DNA of 64,000 nt from Tetramitus jugosus (taxonomy: Eukaryota; Protista; Heterolobosea). Shown here in pieces: positions 32,444 through 44,020 of the stretch. The notes under the pieces are model-generated. The model was given only the letters and a program-made list of their open reading frames with translations, made no database searches and was not told where the DNA came from. Position numbers and translations under genes: made by a program. Position 1 is the stretch's first letter, and each line of letters opens with the position of its first letter. The stretch covers positions 310,001 to 374,000 of the forward strand of contig OW569367.1 in assembly GCA_937625935.1 (NCBI GenBank), read 5' to 3'.

Positions 32444-33931
32444 ATGTTACACTTTTTACCGTTGGCTGTGGTGCTGTTTTTTGCATTGATTGTTCTCTTG
32501 TGGATCGGAATTAGAATTTATTTTGTCGTGTTGCGATTCAATCAACGTTCCATGCTTAAAGACAAGGGCAATGATGTGATTCATGTTGGTATTATGCATC
32601 CCTATAGTACTGGTGGTGGAGGTGGAGAGCGCGTTCTCTGGTTCATGATCCAAGCGCTGCATGAACTCAGTCCAAAAATAAGAGTGACACTGTACACGAC
32701 CGATCCTAGACCGTTGGATGAATTGCGGCGACTCCTTCGTGAAACGTTCAATTTTGAATTGACGCGGGATATTGAGCAAAAGAAGCTTTTTGGCGCCAAA
32801 AAGTGGCTTACACCTGCTTCGTTTTTGACACTGTTTATGCACAGTGTTGGCAGTGCAATGATGGGCTGGGAAGCTCTGAATAACTTTGTTCCTGATGTGT
32901 TCATGGATACACATGGTTGTGCAGAGAGCTTTTGGGTTGCAAAGTGGTTGGCAGGTTGCAAGTCAGTGTGCTATGTGCATTATCCGACGATTAGTACGGA
33001 TATGTTGAATCGTGTGTCAAGCAGAGTATCCTCTTACAATAACGATGATAGAATTGCAAAGAGCAGTGTTCGATCTTCATTGAAGCTATGGTATTATCGC
33101 TTGTATGCTGTTCTGTACGGTTTTGTGGGTATGAGCGCTGATGTCGTCATGGTCAATTCCACGTGGACCAAGAATCACATTGAGCGCATCTGGTGGTGCC
33201 AGAGCGGCCGTGTCCACACCGTTTATCCACCTGTAGCTGTAAATTATTTTAGAGAGACGATTGCATTGGCACCAGAGAAGAGAAATCCATGGATTTTGTC
33301 CATTGGTCAATTCAGACCAGAGAAGGATCACCCTCTCATGTTGCGCTCGTTTAAGAGTTTGCTGACAAGCTGGGAGAATAATAAGGAATGGAGTTCGAAG
33401 GATGTCAGACTTGTGCTGTTGGGTGGTTGTCGCGGTAGTGATGATGAACAGCGCGTTTCTAATCTGAAGCAGATGGCCAAGGATTTGGGAATTGATCATC
33501 GAGTTGATTTTATCACAAACGCTCCGTTTAGCACACTGACTAAAATGCTGCAGCAATGTACCGTTGGACTTCACACGATGTGGAATGAACATTTTGGTAT
33601 TTGTGTCGTGGAGTATATGGCAGCTGGTCTGATTCCGTTGGCTCACAGATCAGCAGGTCCAGAAATGGATATCGTCGTAGATTATCAATCAAAACCAACT
33701 GGATTCTTGGCCACGACTGAGCAGGAGTATGCCAGCGGTATGAAGCGAATTCTCGAGGGTTTCTTTGCTCCAAACGAGGAAGCAAACAAGGAAATGAGAT
33801 CAGTGCAGGCCAACGCTCGACAAAGCACAGATCGATTCAGTGAGGAGCAATTCGTTCAAAGTTCGAAAGGGCGCTTGTCACAGATCATTGTGACGCCATC
33901 TGTTGTAGAATCAAAACAAAAATCCGAGTAA
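32444..33931 (+). CDS. ALG11: GDP-Man alpha-1,2-mannosyltransferase ALG11
   Basis: HPYSTGGGGGERVLW, YVHYPTISTDML, QFRPEKDH, MWNEHFGI.VVEYMAAG. Confidence 0.95.
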   Translation: MLHFLPLAVVLFFALIVLLWIGIRIYFVVLRFNQRSMLKDKGNDVIHVGIMHPYSTGGGGGERVLWFMIQALHELSPKIRVTLYTTDPRPLDELRRLLRETFNFELTRDIEQKKLFGAKKWLTPASFLTLFMHSVGSAMMGWEALNNFVPDVFMDTHGCAESFWVAKWLAGCKSVCYVHYPTISTDMLNRVSSRVSSYNNDDRIAKSSVRSSLKLWYYRLYAVLYGFVGMSADVVMVNSTWTKNHIERIWWCQSGRVHTVYPPVAVNYFRETIALAPEKRNPWILSIGQFRPEKDHPLMLRSFKSLLTSWENNKEWSSKDVRLVLLGGCRGSDDEQRVSNLKQMAKDLGIDHRVDFITNAPFSTLTKMLQQCTVGLHTMWNEHFGICVVEYMAAGLIPLAHRSAGPEMDIVVDYQSKPTGFLATTEQEYASGMKRILEGFFAPNEEANKEMRSVQANARQSTDRFSEEQFVQSSKGRLSQIIVTPSVVESKQKSE

Positions 33932-34001
33932 ATTTATTCATGAAGCTACATAGTCGAATAATCGTGTTTCAAAGCTACAAGAAATTTTGTCAATATATTG
34001 C

Positions 34002-35219
34002 TCAAGGGAATGTCTTTGTTGCGTGACCATAATATCTGTTAATGTAAGAGCTCTTATAGTTGCTCACATCTGGCTTCTGAGGATAAAACTTGTAAAACTT
34101 CATATCGTCCAACGCCTGCTTCTCCTCATCTGGAATGGCGTCCAAAATATCTTGACGCTCCTTCTTACGATCGGCAATAGCCTTCTTTGCTGCCAACACT
34201 TGATTCTTCAACTCGTTCATCAACGGTTCCTTGAACTTTTCATATTCCAACTCATTGTTCTCACAAGTCTCCTTGATCCAATCATTCCTGTCGTCCATAT
34301 CCCAATCAAAATTCAAATTCATGGCTCTCTTTCCATCAGGTGCATAGACAAAATTGACCTCAGTTCCCTCATCAGCATCATTCAAAAACTTGGATGGCCT
34401 AATAAAGTATGGCAACGCATACTCGTACCTCCTCACATCCATCTCCTTCATTCTCTTGAGTGCACTTCTTCGTTGACTGCAGTGCAAAAAGTAAATGTTG
34501 GTTTGGTTCTTGCGAGTCATGACCTTGTTTTGTTGAGAACGAGGGATATAGGGCACCCAACTCATCTTCATTTGCTTCATATCCAAAATCTCTTCTTGTT
34601 CCATTTGAACTGAATTGATGCCAATTCTGCTTGGCGGAGAAATAGTTCCAACGACGACAATGAGAACGGGAATGTGTCTCAAGTGACCATCAAGCATTTG
34701 AGGTTCCGTAGATCCAAACACAAACACGTTTTTTCCCTCCGATTCCATTTCATCTATTTTTTCGCTATCGGACTTTTCTAATTTCTCCTTCTTTTCTCCG
34801 TTTTCTTCCGCTCCACTTTCTCCGTCTTGTTCTTCTTCTTCGTCCAAGTGATCTTCATGAATATTGAGTTGTCGCCTCAAGTGATCAAAATCCCAATTCA
34901 TCTCATACACGGAATCATATGCGTACCACTCTGTTCCCACCAAATAAATTTCCTTCCAATCTTCCCATGTTCTCTCTACGACGACAGGCGTCGGAGTTTC
35001 CTTGCTATTATTAGCGGTTGTAGTAGAACGAGCACGTTTGGCCTTGTTGCCACCACCACTACTTGCTCGAGGAAAAAAAGATTTTTCTTCTTGAACGGGT
35101 GCTGCTACAGCGATACGATTACGTTTCAATGGTCGTCTCGTTGTTGTTGATTGTTCTTGTTGTTGTTTTGATTCATCTTCGTCTTTTGTTGCGGATCGGT
35201 TTCTTTGACGTCTGGCCAT
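34002..35219 (-). CDS. HIT4: HEAT-INTOLERANT 4 (HIT4)-like protein
   Basis: VGTEW..YEMNWDF, VFGSTEPQ, PPSRIGINSVQME.EEI..MK.MKM.WVPYIP, C.QRRSAL, YEYALPYF, FYKFYP, YINRYYG.A; first ATG at 35219. Confidence 0.85.
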   Translation of the reverse strand: MARRQRNRSATKDEDESKQQQEQSTTTRRPLKRNRIAVAAPVQEEKSFFPRASSGGGNKAKRARSTTTANNSKETPTPVVVERTWEDWKEIYLVGTEWYAYDSVYEMNWDFDHLRRQLNIHEDHLDEEEEQDGESGAEENGEKKEKLEKSDSEKIDEMESEGKNVFVFGSTEPQMLDGHLRHIPVLIVVVGTISPPSRIGINSVQMEQEEILDMKQMKMSWVPYIPRSQQNKVMTRKNQTNIYFLHCSQRRSALKRMKEMDVRRYEYALPYFIRPSKFLNDADEGTEVNFVYAPDGKRAMNLNFDWDMDDRNDWIKETCENNELEYEKFKEPLMNELKNQVLAAKKAIADRKKERQDILDAIPDEEKQALDDMKFYKFYPQKPDVSNYKSSYINRYYGHATKTFP

Positions 35220-35448
35220 TTTTTGTATTGATCGATCGATCGATTGATAGTTTGTGATTTTGTTTTTTGGTTTCGGTTGATTTAACGATCGGTAAGTTGT
35301 TGCAATTTGAAATGAAAATCGGACGGAGTTTTGACAACAAAATTGTGTTTCAACAAGTTTGACGAAGTGATGAACGCAACAAAAAACAACAAGAATTTTT
35401 TTAACACAAACATAAAATAACAAACACTGTCCAAAAATATCAGTTGAA

Positions 35449-36105
35449 ATGACACAAAAGAGATCACAGAGCACTCGAGGTGCAACCCAACAAGAACAAC
35501 AATCCAAAAAACAAAAACTCTCAGTCGGAGAAAAATCGGAGAAACCAAAAGAAACTACGGCAGCAACAATTGCTGAAGAAGAAGAAGAATGGGAATTGAA
35601 TCCGTGCTTCAACTACTTGGAACAATGGAAAAAGGATCGTCTCGGCTGGAAATTCAACAAAAATCATCAGATTCGATTGATGCGGAATTGGAAGGACCAC
35701 ACCAAATTCTCCAAGAACCATTTCAAGCTATTTATGGAGTATATTGTTCCGATTCGCGGAAATTCAAGGCTTCACCTGTTTAATGACGCAAAGAAATTAA
35801 TGAGGGAACAAAAGGCAAAAATTAGCAAGGATGCGATTGCGTATGTGAATGAGTTTATGGAGCCAAAAGACAAGAAAAAGTATGAAAATTTGAGCGAGAG
35901 TGAGAGGAATGAGCAATTGTTAAAGACGGTTGTTGCCAAAAAGTTTATGACCAGTGAATTGAGTGATAATACAGTGTATAAGAGAGCTCGTGCCGTTTAT
36001 GATATTTTGGTGTTGACTGATGAGGAGCATGGTAGCTCGTTGGCTGATGAGAGTGGTGAGGATGACAGTGATGCTGAACAGGAGCAAGATCAAGATAAGA
36101 AATAA
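35449..36105 (+). CDS. WKF-domain protein (C7orf50/Rbp95-like)
   Basis: YLEQWK....WKFNK..Q..L..F..YI..G..R..Y.RA. Confidence 0.8.
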   Translation: MTQKRSQSTRGATQQEQQSKKQKLSVGEKSEKPKETTAATIAEEEEEWELNPCFNYLEQWKKDRLGWKFNKNHQIRLMRNWKDHTKFSKNHFKLFMEYIVPIRGNSRLHLFNDAKKLMREQKAKISKDAIAYVNEFMEPKDKKKYENLSESERNEQLLKTVVAKKFMTSELSDNTVYKRARAVYDILVLTDEEHGSSLADESGEDDSDAEQEQDQDKK

Positions 36106-36182
36106 ATTTACATTGCTCTTTATTCTTTGTTGTTGTTGTTGCTTTGTGATATTTACTGTTGTGATGAGTTGTACTAAGTTAG

Positions 36183-37481
36183 TTAAGCTTCAATGCTTTG
36201 ATCGTCCTCTGTGTTGGCTTCTAGTGGTGAAGGATCTTCTTCATCCAAGTCTTTCTGGTTGTTGTCCTGTTCGATTTCTTCATCTAGTTCTTCTTCATCA
36301 TCTTCATCGTCAGAATCTTCTTCATTCTCCATGCGAACTCTCCTACGATCCTTTTGGTAACTCTCTTGGAATTGACGATTTTTCATACTCTGTATCGACA
36401 TGAGATAGTGGTACTCGAGTATGGCTTCCTTTGTTTTCGGATTGGTTAAGACATATGTAAAGGATCGATTGTTTCGACTCAAAGCAAATGCAAGATCAAA
36501 CAAGTCTTCAATGTTCGTTCCATCTGCGGAACTGACAAACACTAGCGCCGTACTGAGAAGTCGAGCCATTGTTCGGGCAATACGAACAAACTTTGTCTGA
36601 GATTCAATCGTCTCACTTGAGAATTGCTCATAGTTTGTCCCAACCAGAATTGGTATGATCGACGGATTCACCGAGAGGAGGTGTTCATGCAAATCTCTCA
36701 AGTATTGACCATTGGTCTCCATACTCAACATTTGATCTGTTCTCATGAGGTCAAACACATAAAAGATACAATCACACTCTGAAACGAGCTGATCTCTCAA
36801 CTTCTCTTCCACTCCATGAGGTCTCTGCCACACTGTGAAGTAGGAAGCCAAGTTATCAAATCGATTGACTACTGACCTATCTACATAGTTACATCTTGAA
36901 TAGTGGAAAGGAACATCTAAGTCTTCTTGTACTTGATGAGATCCATCACCAATAGAATCTAACAATTGAATTCCACTCTCATAATCTGACTGATCCTTCC
37001 CCGCGGGTATAATTACACAGTTTCTATAGATTGGCTTAAGGATTGGACGCTTATCATAGGTAGAGTCCAACACTCTCGGTGGTATCTTCTCCAGTGTCTT
37101 AGGTCCCTTGTATTGTAGAGCCAACTGACTATAGTTCACTTGTAGTTTCGGCGAGTCCAGAACTGGGAACGCTGGTGGAGGTTCCTGTGGTAGGGCAAGA
37201 TCATAAGCTGGTGGAGCTGGTGGAAGCTCAGAATTCTCAACAGGGACGACTCTCTTTTCAAGAGTCAATCCCACATCCACAGGTTTCTCATACTGAGGAG
37301 GAGCATCTTCTTTGTTATCAACCACTTCTTTTGTTGAAGTGGCTCTTCCCTTGTGCTCATCTCGGATCATTCTTGCTTCCTCGTCTTCCTCGTCTTCATT
37401 GTCGCTTGAGAAATCTGCAGAATTGTCAGAGAATGTGGCATCTGCTTCTGTATCATCCTTTGGTTGGTTTTCTTTGGGCAT
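36183..37481 (-). CDS. Tem1/Spg1-like small GTPase-fold protein with degenerate G motifs, acidic termini
   Basis: CIFYVFDL.R, IIPILVGTNYEQF, ARTMAR...ALVFVSS..TNIEDLF; no GxxxxGK[ST]. Confidence 0.6.
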   Translation of the reverse strand: MPKENQPKDDTEADATFSDNSADFSSDNEDEEDEEARMIRDEHKGRATSTKEVVDNKEDAPPQYEKPVDVGLTLEKRVVPVENSELPPAPPAYDLALPQEPPPAFPVLDSPKLQVNYSQLALQYKGPKTLEKIPPRVLDSTYDKRPILKPIYRNCVIIPAGKDQSDYESGIQLLDSIGDGSHQVQEDLDVPFHYSRCNYVDRSVVNRFDNLASYFTVWQRPHGVEEKLRDQLVSECDCIFYVFDLMRTDQMLSMETNGQYLRDLHEHLLSVNPSIIPILVGTNYEQFSSETIESQTKFVRIARTMARLLSTALVFVSSADGTNIEDLFDLAFALSRNNRSFTYVLTNPKTKEAILEYHYLMSIQSMKNRQFQESYQKDRRRVRMENEEDSDDEDDEEELDEEIEQDNNQKDLDEEDPSPLEANTEDDQSIEA

Positions 37482-37576
37482 TTTGATGTTCACTGAAACG
37501 TTTCCGTAGATCTGGAAAAGGCGCCAGAAACCAACCATCAATTTTTGCGCTTGTGCAGGACTTGTAAAGAATAAAT

Positions 37577-40500
37577 TTATTTTGTGGAGGCTGACTTGGG
37601 TGGTATGACACTCATTGTCCTGTACCGAACGAAGAACAGTTTGATTTGTTCCTGTATTTGAGTGTCCACGGCGTCCACAATGAGATCACACCACAGTGGA
37701 TAGATTTCATCAATGTTTTGAGCGAATAAGTCATCCGATAAGCATAGGTAGCACTTGAGTACAAGCAGCATGGTAGATGCAGATACTTCCTTCTTATAGA
37801 TCACGACACGATTAAATATTGAAATCAACAATCGACAAACGGCCGTCCATTCCTTCTCAGACAGTGCAGTCTCACCTCGTGTTTCCAACTTGTTGGCATT
37901 ATTTACAAGTCTTAAAAGACTAGAACAACCAGTGTTTCCTAGCTCATCCTTACTATCCTTGCCAATATTTTGACAGCATCTATCGATCAGAATCAAGACA
38001 TCACTGAAGATGGAGGAACTAATTCTATAGTGATAAGACACTACTATGTCAACCAATGCGTTCAGTGCATTAGCACATGTTGTGCTAATCCATTCATTCG
38101 TAATATTGGGATCTTCTGATCTCTCTTCTTGATATATTTTGACTTCGTCAAAGATGGGCATGAGAACTCCACTGAAGATGACATCCCACAATTTGGATGA
38201 GAACGAAGCACCATGAGCTATCAACACATCAAATAAGGCTGTCAGTGCACTGCGACGAACGGGCACACGGCTATCACCAGTAACGGTGGATTGGAGACCC
38301 AGCAGTAAAGGGAACCAAACTCTAAAGTGCTCACGTGAATCAACGAATAGAACACCATCTGGTTCATCTTTTTGTTGTTCGGCAGGTATTCCCTCAATCT
38401 CTCCCGATACAATCTTTCTCGCACATTGCAGCATTAGTTGAATTGCTTGTACTGATATATTCGGTTGAAGTCTCTGCTTAATAAAAGCAACGAGACAGGT
38501 GATACAGTCTTCAAATGCTTCTGATATCAAATGGAAGTATTCCTTGATGATTATACTCAGATAGTTAAATGAAAGTTTCACCACTTCGATCGACTCCTCC
38601 AATCTTTGGCCCTTAGCAGTAACTTCACTATCACTCAACTTGGCCGCAGTCGCTAGTATCTGCAAAATGATTCTCCATCCTGATTTGATACTCTTCGCTC
38701 TCTTCATAATAATATATCCTATACATTGAACAACCAAGTCTCTGTTGAGAACTCGTTCTGATTGCCTCATAATTTCCATGAAGGGACGCAGGAAATCTCT
38801 TTGGAAATGATAATTTGCCAACTCATCTTGTTCCAAAAACTTGATAGCCATAATCTTCAACGAATCGATTCCTCGCATTGATACGTATTGGTTCGAATGG
38901 CAGCCAACGGCAATAAATAATTCAGACATGTTTTGCCATAATTGAGACCATACAATCTTGATTCGCTTCATATTATAATAGGCAACTTCAATAATTTTGT
39001 GTAAACTAAATTGTCTAGGTTCCTCCAGAGATTGATCAAATAATTCTTCATGTGCTACGTTGCAGAGGCACCTCACAAAGTCTACGATAGCATCATCGTT
39101 CAAGTCGGCACTCTTGGCAAATATTTTGTCAAAACCAAGGTTGTTGCTCTTCGATGATGGACCTCCATCACGTGGTAACATACTAACGTCGATACCGCTC
39201 GCATTGTTTTGATTCTTGTTGTTTTCTTCCGAACTGATAGGAGCAGGACCATTGATATGACTACTGACCACCTGTAGTCTATCGAGTTGTGAAATCGCGT
39301 CCAAGACGGAGCTCCACGATGAGCCAAGATAATTGCCTTCTGTGTCAGCCACCTTGATCAACAAATGAATACTATCGATATTCTTCTGCTTCCATGGAGC
39401 AATAGTAGATACTTGCTTTTGTAGATGAGCTTGTGGTGCTTGAGTATTTTGTTGAGTAAAGGAAAGGCACGACTTTGTCAGTGCTGCGACAAAGGCATTT
39501 CTCTCCACCTCTAGATCAAACCGAGCACTGATATGGATACAACAGTTGAGAGCTTCAAGTGCGAGCTTGGTCATCTCGAAATTATTTTCATGCTTATCCA
39601 ATACATTATTGATTGCAGCGAGGACAGGACCCCATGATATTTCAAACATACTTCGCACATGCTTCATGCCTGTAGCATTGTAGAATTTGGCCTTCATCGT
39701 ATGCATCTGGAAGCCAGATTTCTTATTCGTTTTAAGAATAGATTTCCCTTGTTTGTATATCTTCTTTGACTCTTCACTAAATAAGATTTGCTTCTTGCGC
39801 TTCGTACTCATATTGGATGCTCCTACACGACGATCAATCTGTTGTTGTTTCGAGATTTCATCTTCCTCTTTCAACGTGATCTCTCTTGACTTGATAGCAT
39901 TATAGGTCGCAACTAAATACTCCTCCGGTAGATTACTACCGTCATTAATACCACCATTATTAATGATAAATCCCTGCTCAGACATTCTCTCTCTTTTACC
40001 AATGGATTGACTGTGCAGTTCAGTGTTCAACATGATCACAGAATAGGCAAAAACGTATGCCGCGTCAGCATTCGCGAATACTGACTCTGGATTATCTTGA
40101 TAATACTTCTCAGCAAACTTTTGCAAAATTCGATCAATCAACTGAGCTTCTCCTGCTAGACGGAAACTATTCAAGAATGATCGAATAGCTGTTTCAAAAT
40201 CCTGATTCAAAAAACTGTGAAGATGCACAAACTCGTGCAATACTTGATTATGGAATTGAGCAGAAGATCCTATATATTCTCCAATCATCTTCTTGCTCAA
40301 ATCTTTGGATGACAATAAGAATTCAGCAATCGAGTGTGCATCCTCCGGCAGAATATTGGCTTGAATCAAGAATTTGATTCCATGAGAAGGTTTCTTGTTA
40401 AACAGCTTGACACCCTCGGTCATATCGAGCTTTTTGTGTCGTTGCTCTTCAAAACGTTCCGTTTCTTCATCCTCCTGCTCAACATCCTCTTCTCTCTTTT

Positions 40501-42524
40501 CTTCATCTCTATGTTTCTGCTTCAACAAATGTTTCTTTGTGTTCGTCCACTGCACCAAGCTCTTCATTGCTGAGACCAAGCCTTCCATTCCATGTCTTTT
40601 CAGATTCAGTTCTTGCTCTGCTGTAATCCAATTCGTTTCTGCATGGGTCTCCTGTACAACTCTTGCCAGATCACTGATACAAGTTTCATATACGTTGACT
40701 GACTCCAGAGCACAATCATAATTAACAAACAAGTCCACCAATGTCTGCTCATCTCTGCCAATGGCTTGCAACATCTTGACAACAATTAATCTTTGTTGAT
40801 AGGTGGAATTACTGCTCTGAAGGATTTGGAAAAATGAGTTGGTAAAAAACATTCCAATTTCTGTTTTCAAATGTTGCTTGAAATGAAGAATCAATGATTT
40901 GAAGATACTCAGCGACAGCTTGAACACCACCGGGACAGCGGACACACTATTCTTCAATAAGCTGAGACATAAATAAGACTTGATCTCTCGAATAAATAAT
41001 GGTGATTGGCGAAACACTGGCCCAGCATTCTCGAGTGTTTCCTGCAGTAATTGCAGCGATAAAACTCTGCTTCTCATTTCAAATGATTCAGCGTGCGAAG
41101 ATTTTAGTTTTCTCATCGAAATACGACACAGTGACTTGAAAATATAAAAGGCATCACGCTCATGAATACTCTTGAATCGCTGTTCCCGCTTTGGTGCAAC
41201 TGTTGATCCCTTTCCACTATTGACTTCATCACCATGGTGCGCGATGGACTCGGATACCTTCCTGTCTCCTTCATTCATTTGAACAACAGATTCAACAATT
41301 TGTTCAACGATCGCAGAGATTGTCTTCTGTGCCACTTTTTCATCTTCCAATTGAATTCGCCTATTTTCTTGCTCCTGAATGGTCTGCTTCAATGTTAACA
41401 ATTCTTCATCCTCTTCTGGCTCTTCATCATCCAACAAATAACCCTTGGACATCTTACCGATTCCATCATCTTCTTCCACGGTGCCTCCATCATCAATCGT
41501 TTGATCCGTTCGCTCTTCACTCTGATTCTCGTGTTGTTGAGAAGTAGCCGCCGTGTGCTTTGCACTCTCTTCCATCTTCATAAACACAGAGTTCAACATT
41601 TGAGACAGTGTAGCATTCGCAGTCTTCTGATTGATAATGTTCCGACTCACCAAATGAATATTGAAGCAGGTTCGAACAATGAGACGCAACGTTTTACCAT
41701 GAATGTAGTCACTGCAACTCGTTACAGATGCCAACAAGGCAGAAAGAATGGGTAATTGCAGGGAAGAATCTTCGGTTTGTACATCGAGGCAACCACAAAT
41801 GGTCTTGATCACCACATTGACCAACAAGCCATCTTCTTCTTCTTCCTCTTCTTCTGCCGCTTCTTGCCCAGATGTCAAAGTGGAAGTCGTTGACGATGAT
41901 GTTTCCTTATGTTCAAAGTATTCATCATAATCGTTTGGAGCATACTTTTCACTCGTATTCAAATACCCATAAGCCATCATTTTCTGTGCACATGTGTGAG
42001 TCAATATAATAAACACACGTGACATATAAAAAATTATAAAATTTCCCTCACACACTTACCTGTAAACAATCAATGGCAGTCTTTTGTAAAATGACATCTC
42101 TTGTCTTGCAAGCACACTCCAATGGTTTAAAATACAAGTTTGGATTCTGTTTCATATTCTTCTCCAACAAGTTTCCCATTTCTCCACTTGATGTCTTTTC
42201 TTCTCCTTGTTGATTTTCACTATTGCTATGAAGACTATTATTTGTTGTTGCTGTTGTTGTTGTTGATGATTTTGGTGAAGATGATGATTGTTCATTTTTT
42301 AGCTTCAAAAATTGATCAGTGATTCGAGTACATGCATCCTTTGTAAGAATCAATGATTGTGGAGAGGATGGCAGTCCCTTCTTGCCAATCATTTGATTAC
42401 AGTGATCCAAAATGGAGCGAATTGATTGTTCATAGAAAAAAGTGGCTGCATCAAACTGAAAATCCGATCGTTTAAAGTGAGAGGGTGTCGGAGTGGTTTG
42501 ACTGTTGCCAAACAACCAATTCAT
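37577..42524 (-). CDS. Large ARF-GEF, BIG/Sec7 family; join(42060-42524,37577-41983)
   Basis: Intron 41984-42059 joins AIDCLQ|KMMAYG; HUS (NYDC), Sec7 motif FRLAGEAQLIDRI, IMLNTELH, HDS domains (FQRDFLRPF, IKSGW). Confidence 0.93.
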
Positions 42525-42807
42525 GTTTTTATTATTGTTCTATTCGTTTTTGTGTGAGCGTTTTTTTTTTCTGCTCTTGTTCCTTTTTCCGATATTCGAG
42601 ATCGATTTTAGGACGCATGTCAGAGCAGAACAGGGAGAAGCTTGAGGATCTTGCCATCTTCGAAGCTCAAGAACACAACAAAAAAAAACGCAACCACAAA
42701 AATAAGTCTTGCCAATTGATTTTTTTTTTGAATCATCATCAAGCTCTATTCGAAACGACTTATCCTACGACTACTGTAGATTAAATATAATCATCGTCAT
42801 CATTACC

Positions 42808-43120
42808 ATGGTGAGAGAGTGGTTGTATAGTTGGCTCGTTGTGCTATCGGCCATCGCATTTGTTATTCTCTGTACGTGTTTGCTTTGTTAAGCTTTTTGT
42901 GTGCGTCACTTCATTTGTTGTTCAAACTAACACAAAAAGCTTTTTGTTGTTGTTGTGCTTGTTGTGTTTTTTTGATCATTCATTCTCACTAGGTTGGATC
43001 GCTGTTTACAAGCTCTTCCTGTACAAGATCAAGGGCATTAGAGAACTGGTGGAGGCTCTCTTTGGCGAAAGGAAGAAAAAGATTCAAGTCATCAAGAGGA
43101 AAGCTCCCATCATGTATTGA
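42808..43120 (+). CDS. Small single-pass membrane protein, SMIM13-like; join(42808-42871,42993-43120)
   Basis: Splicing gives MVREWLYSWLVVLSAIAFVILCWIAVYKLFLYKIKGIRELVEALFG.. Confidence 0.65.
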
Positions 43121-43336
43121 TCTATCATTCCATAACTCAAATTTATCCCTGTAAATTGTAAATTATTATTTCATCGCTGCACTTCTTCCAAAGCAAAACA
43201 TCTCTGGTACCATCCACTGCAGAAGGATGAAAGATAGCCCAACCTGACCTGTGCATACACGAACCTGAGCATTTCGTCATCGGAGAAATACAAACATTTC
43301 TCCACAAACAAAAAACATTCAACAACCAAAAAAACA

Positions 43337-43910
43337 ATGGCAATTGAATTCGTGTTACTAGTGAACAAACAAGGTCAAACAAGACTTGCTCAATACACTC
43401 ACTTCAAAACCGTGAATGAAAGAACTGCACTAGAAGGTGAAATTATCCGAAAATGTTTGGCGCGAAACGAAGATCAATGTTCATTTATTGAACACATGAA
43501 TTACAAGTTGATTTACAGGAGATATGCCAGCTTGTTTTTTATTGTTGGTGTAGATAGGCATGAGGTGCGTATTTTGTGTAGAGGAGACTGTGGCGACGAC
43601 GAATTGAAAATTGACGAACAAAACAATTTTTTTTTTGGTAATTTTTGTGTTAAAAACAATGTATTGTTTGTGTATATGTGTGTGTGTGTGTGTGGTGATA
43701 TAGAATGAATTGGCAATTTTGGAGTTTATTCATTGCTTGGTAGAGACATTTGATCGTTATTTTGAAAATGTGTGCGAGTTGGATGTCATGTTCAATTTGG
43801 AGAAGGCTCATTTTATTTTGGAGGAAATGATGGCGAATGGGTGTATCACAGAGACGAATAAGACAAATATTTTGGAGCCAATTCTAACGATGGACAAGAT
43901 TACTTTCTAA
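43337..43910 (+). CDS. AP4S1: AP-4 complex subunit sigma; join(43337-43564,43704-43910)
   Basis: [57 protein letters not shown]. Confidence 0.92.
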
Positions 43911-44020
43911 TTGGGTGGTAGTGCTTGTTGTTGTCGTTGTATCGCATTGTAAAATTAATTCTGAACTTTTGTAATTCATGCTTTGTTCTGCACTTCTTGT
44001 TCAGTTAGTTAGTTGTGTGT

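Noticed and set aside
33987-34613. Long antisense ORFs (e.g. 33987-34613, 25702-26325, 33086-33646)
   Set aside because: Shadow frames of well-supported genes on the opposite strand
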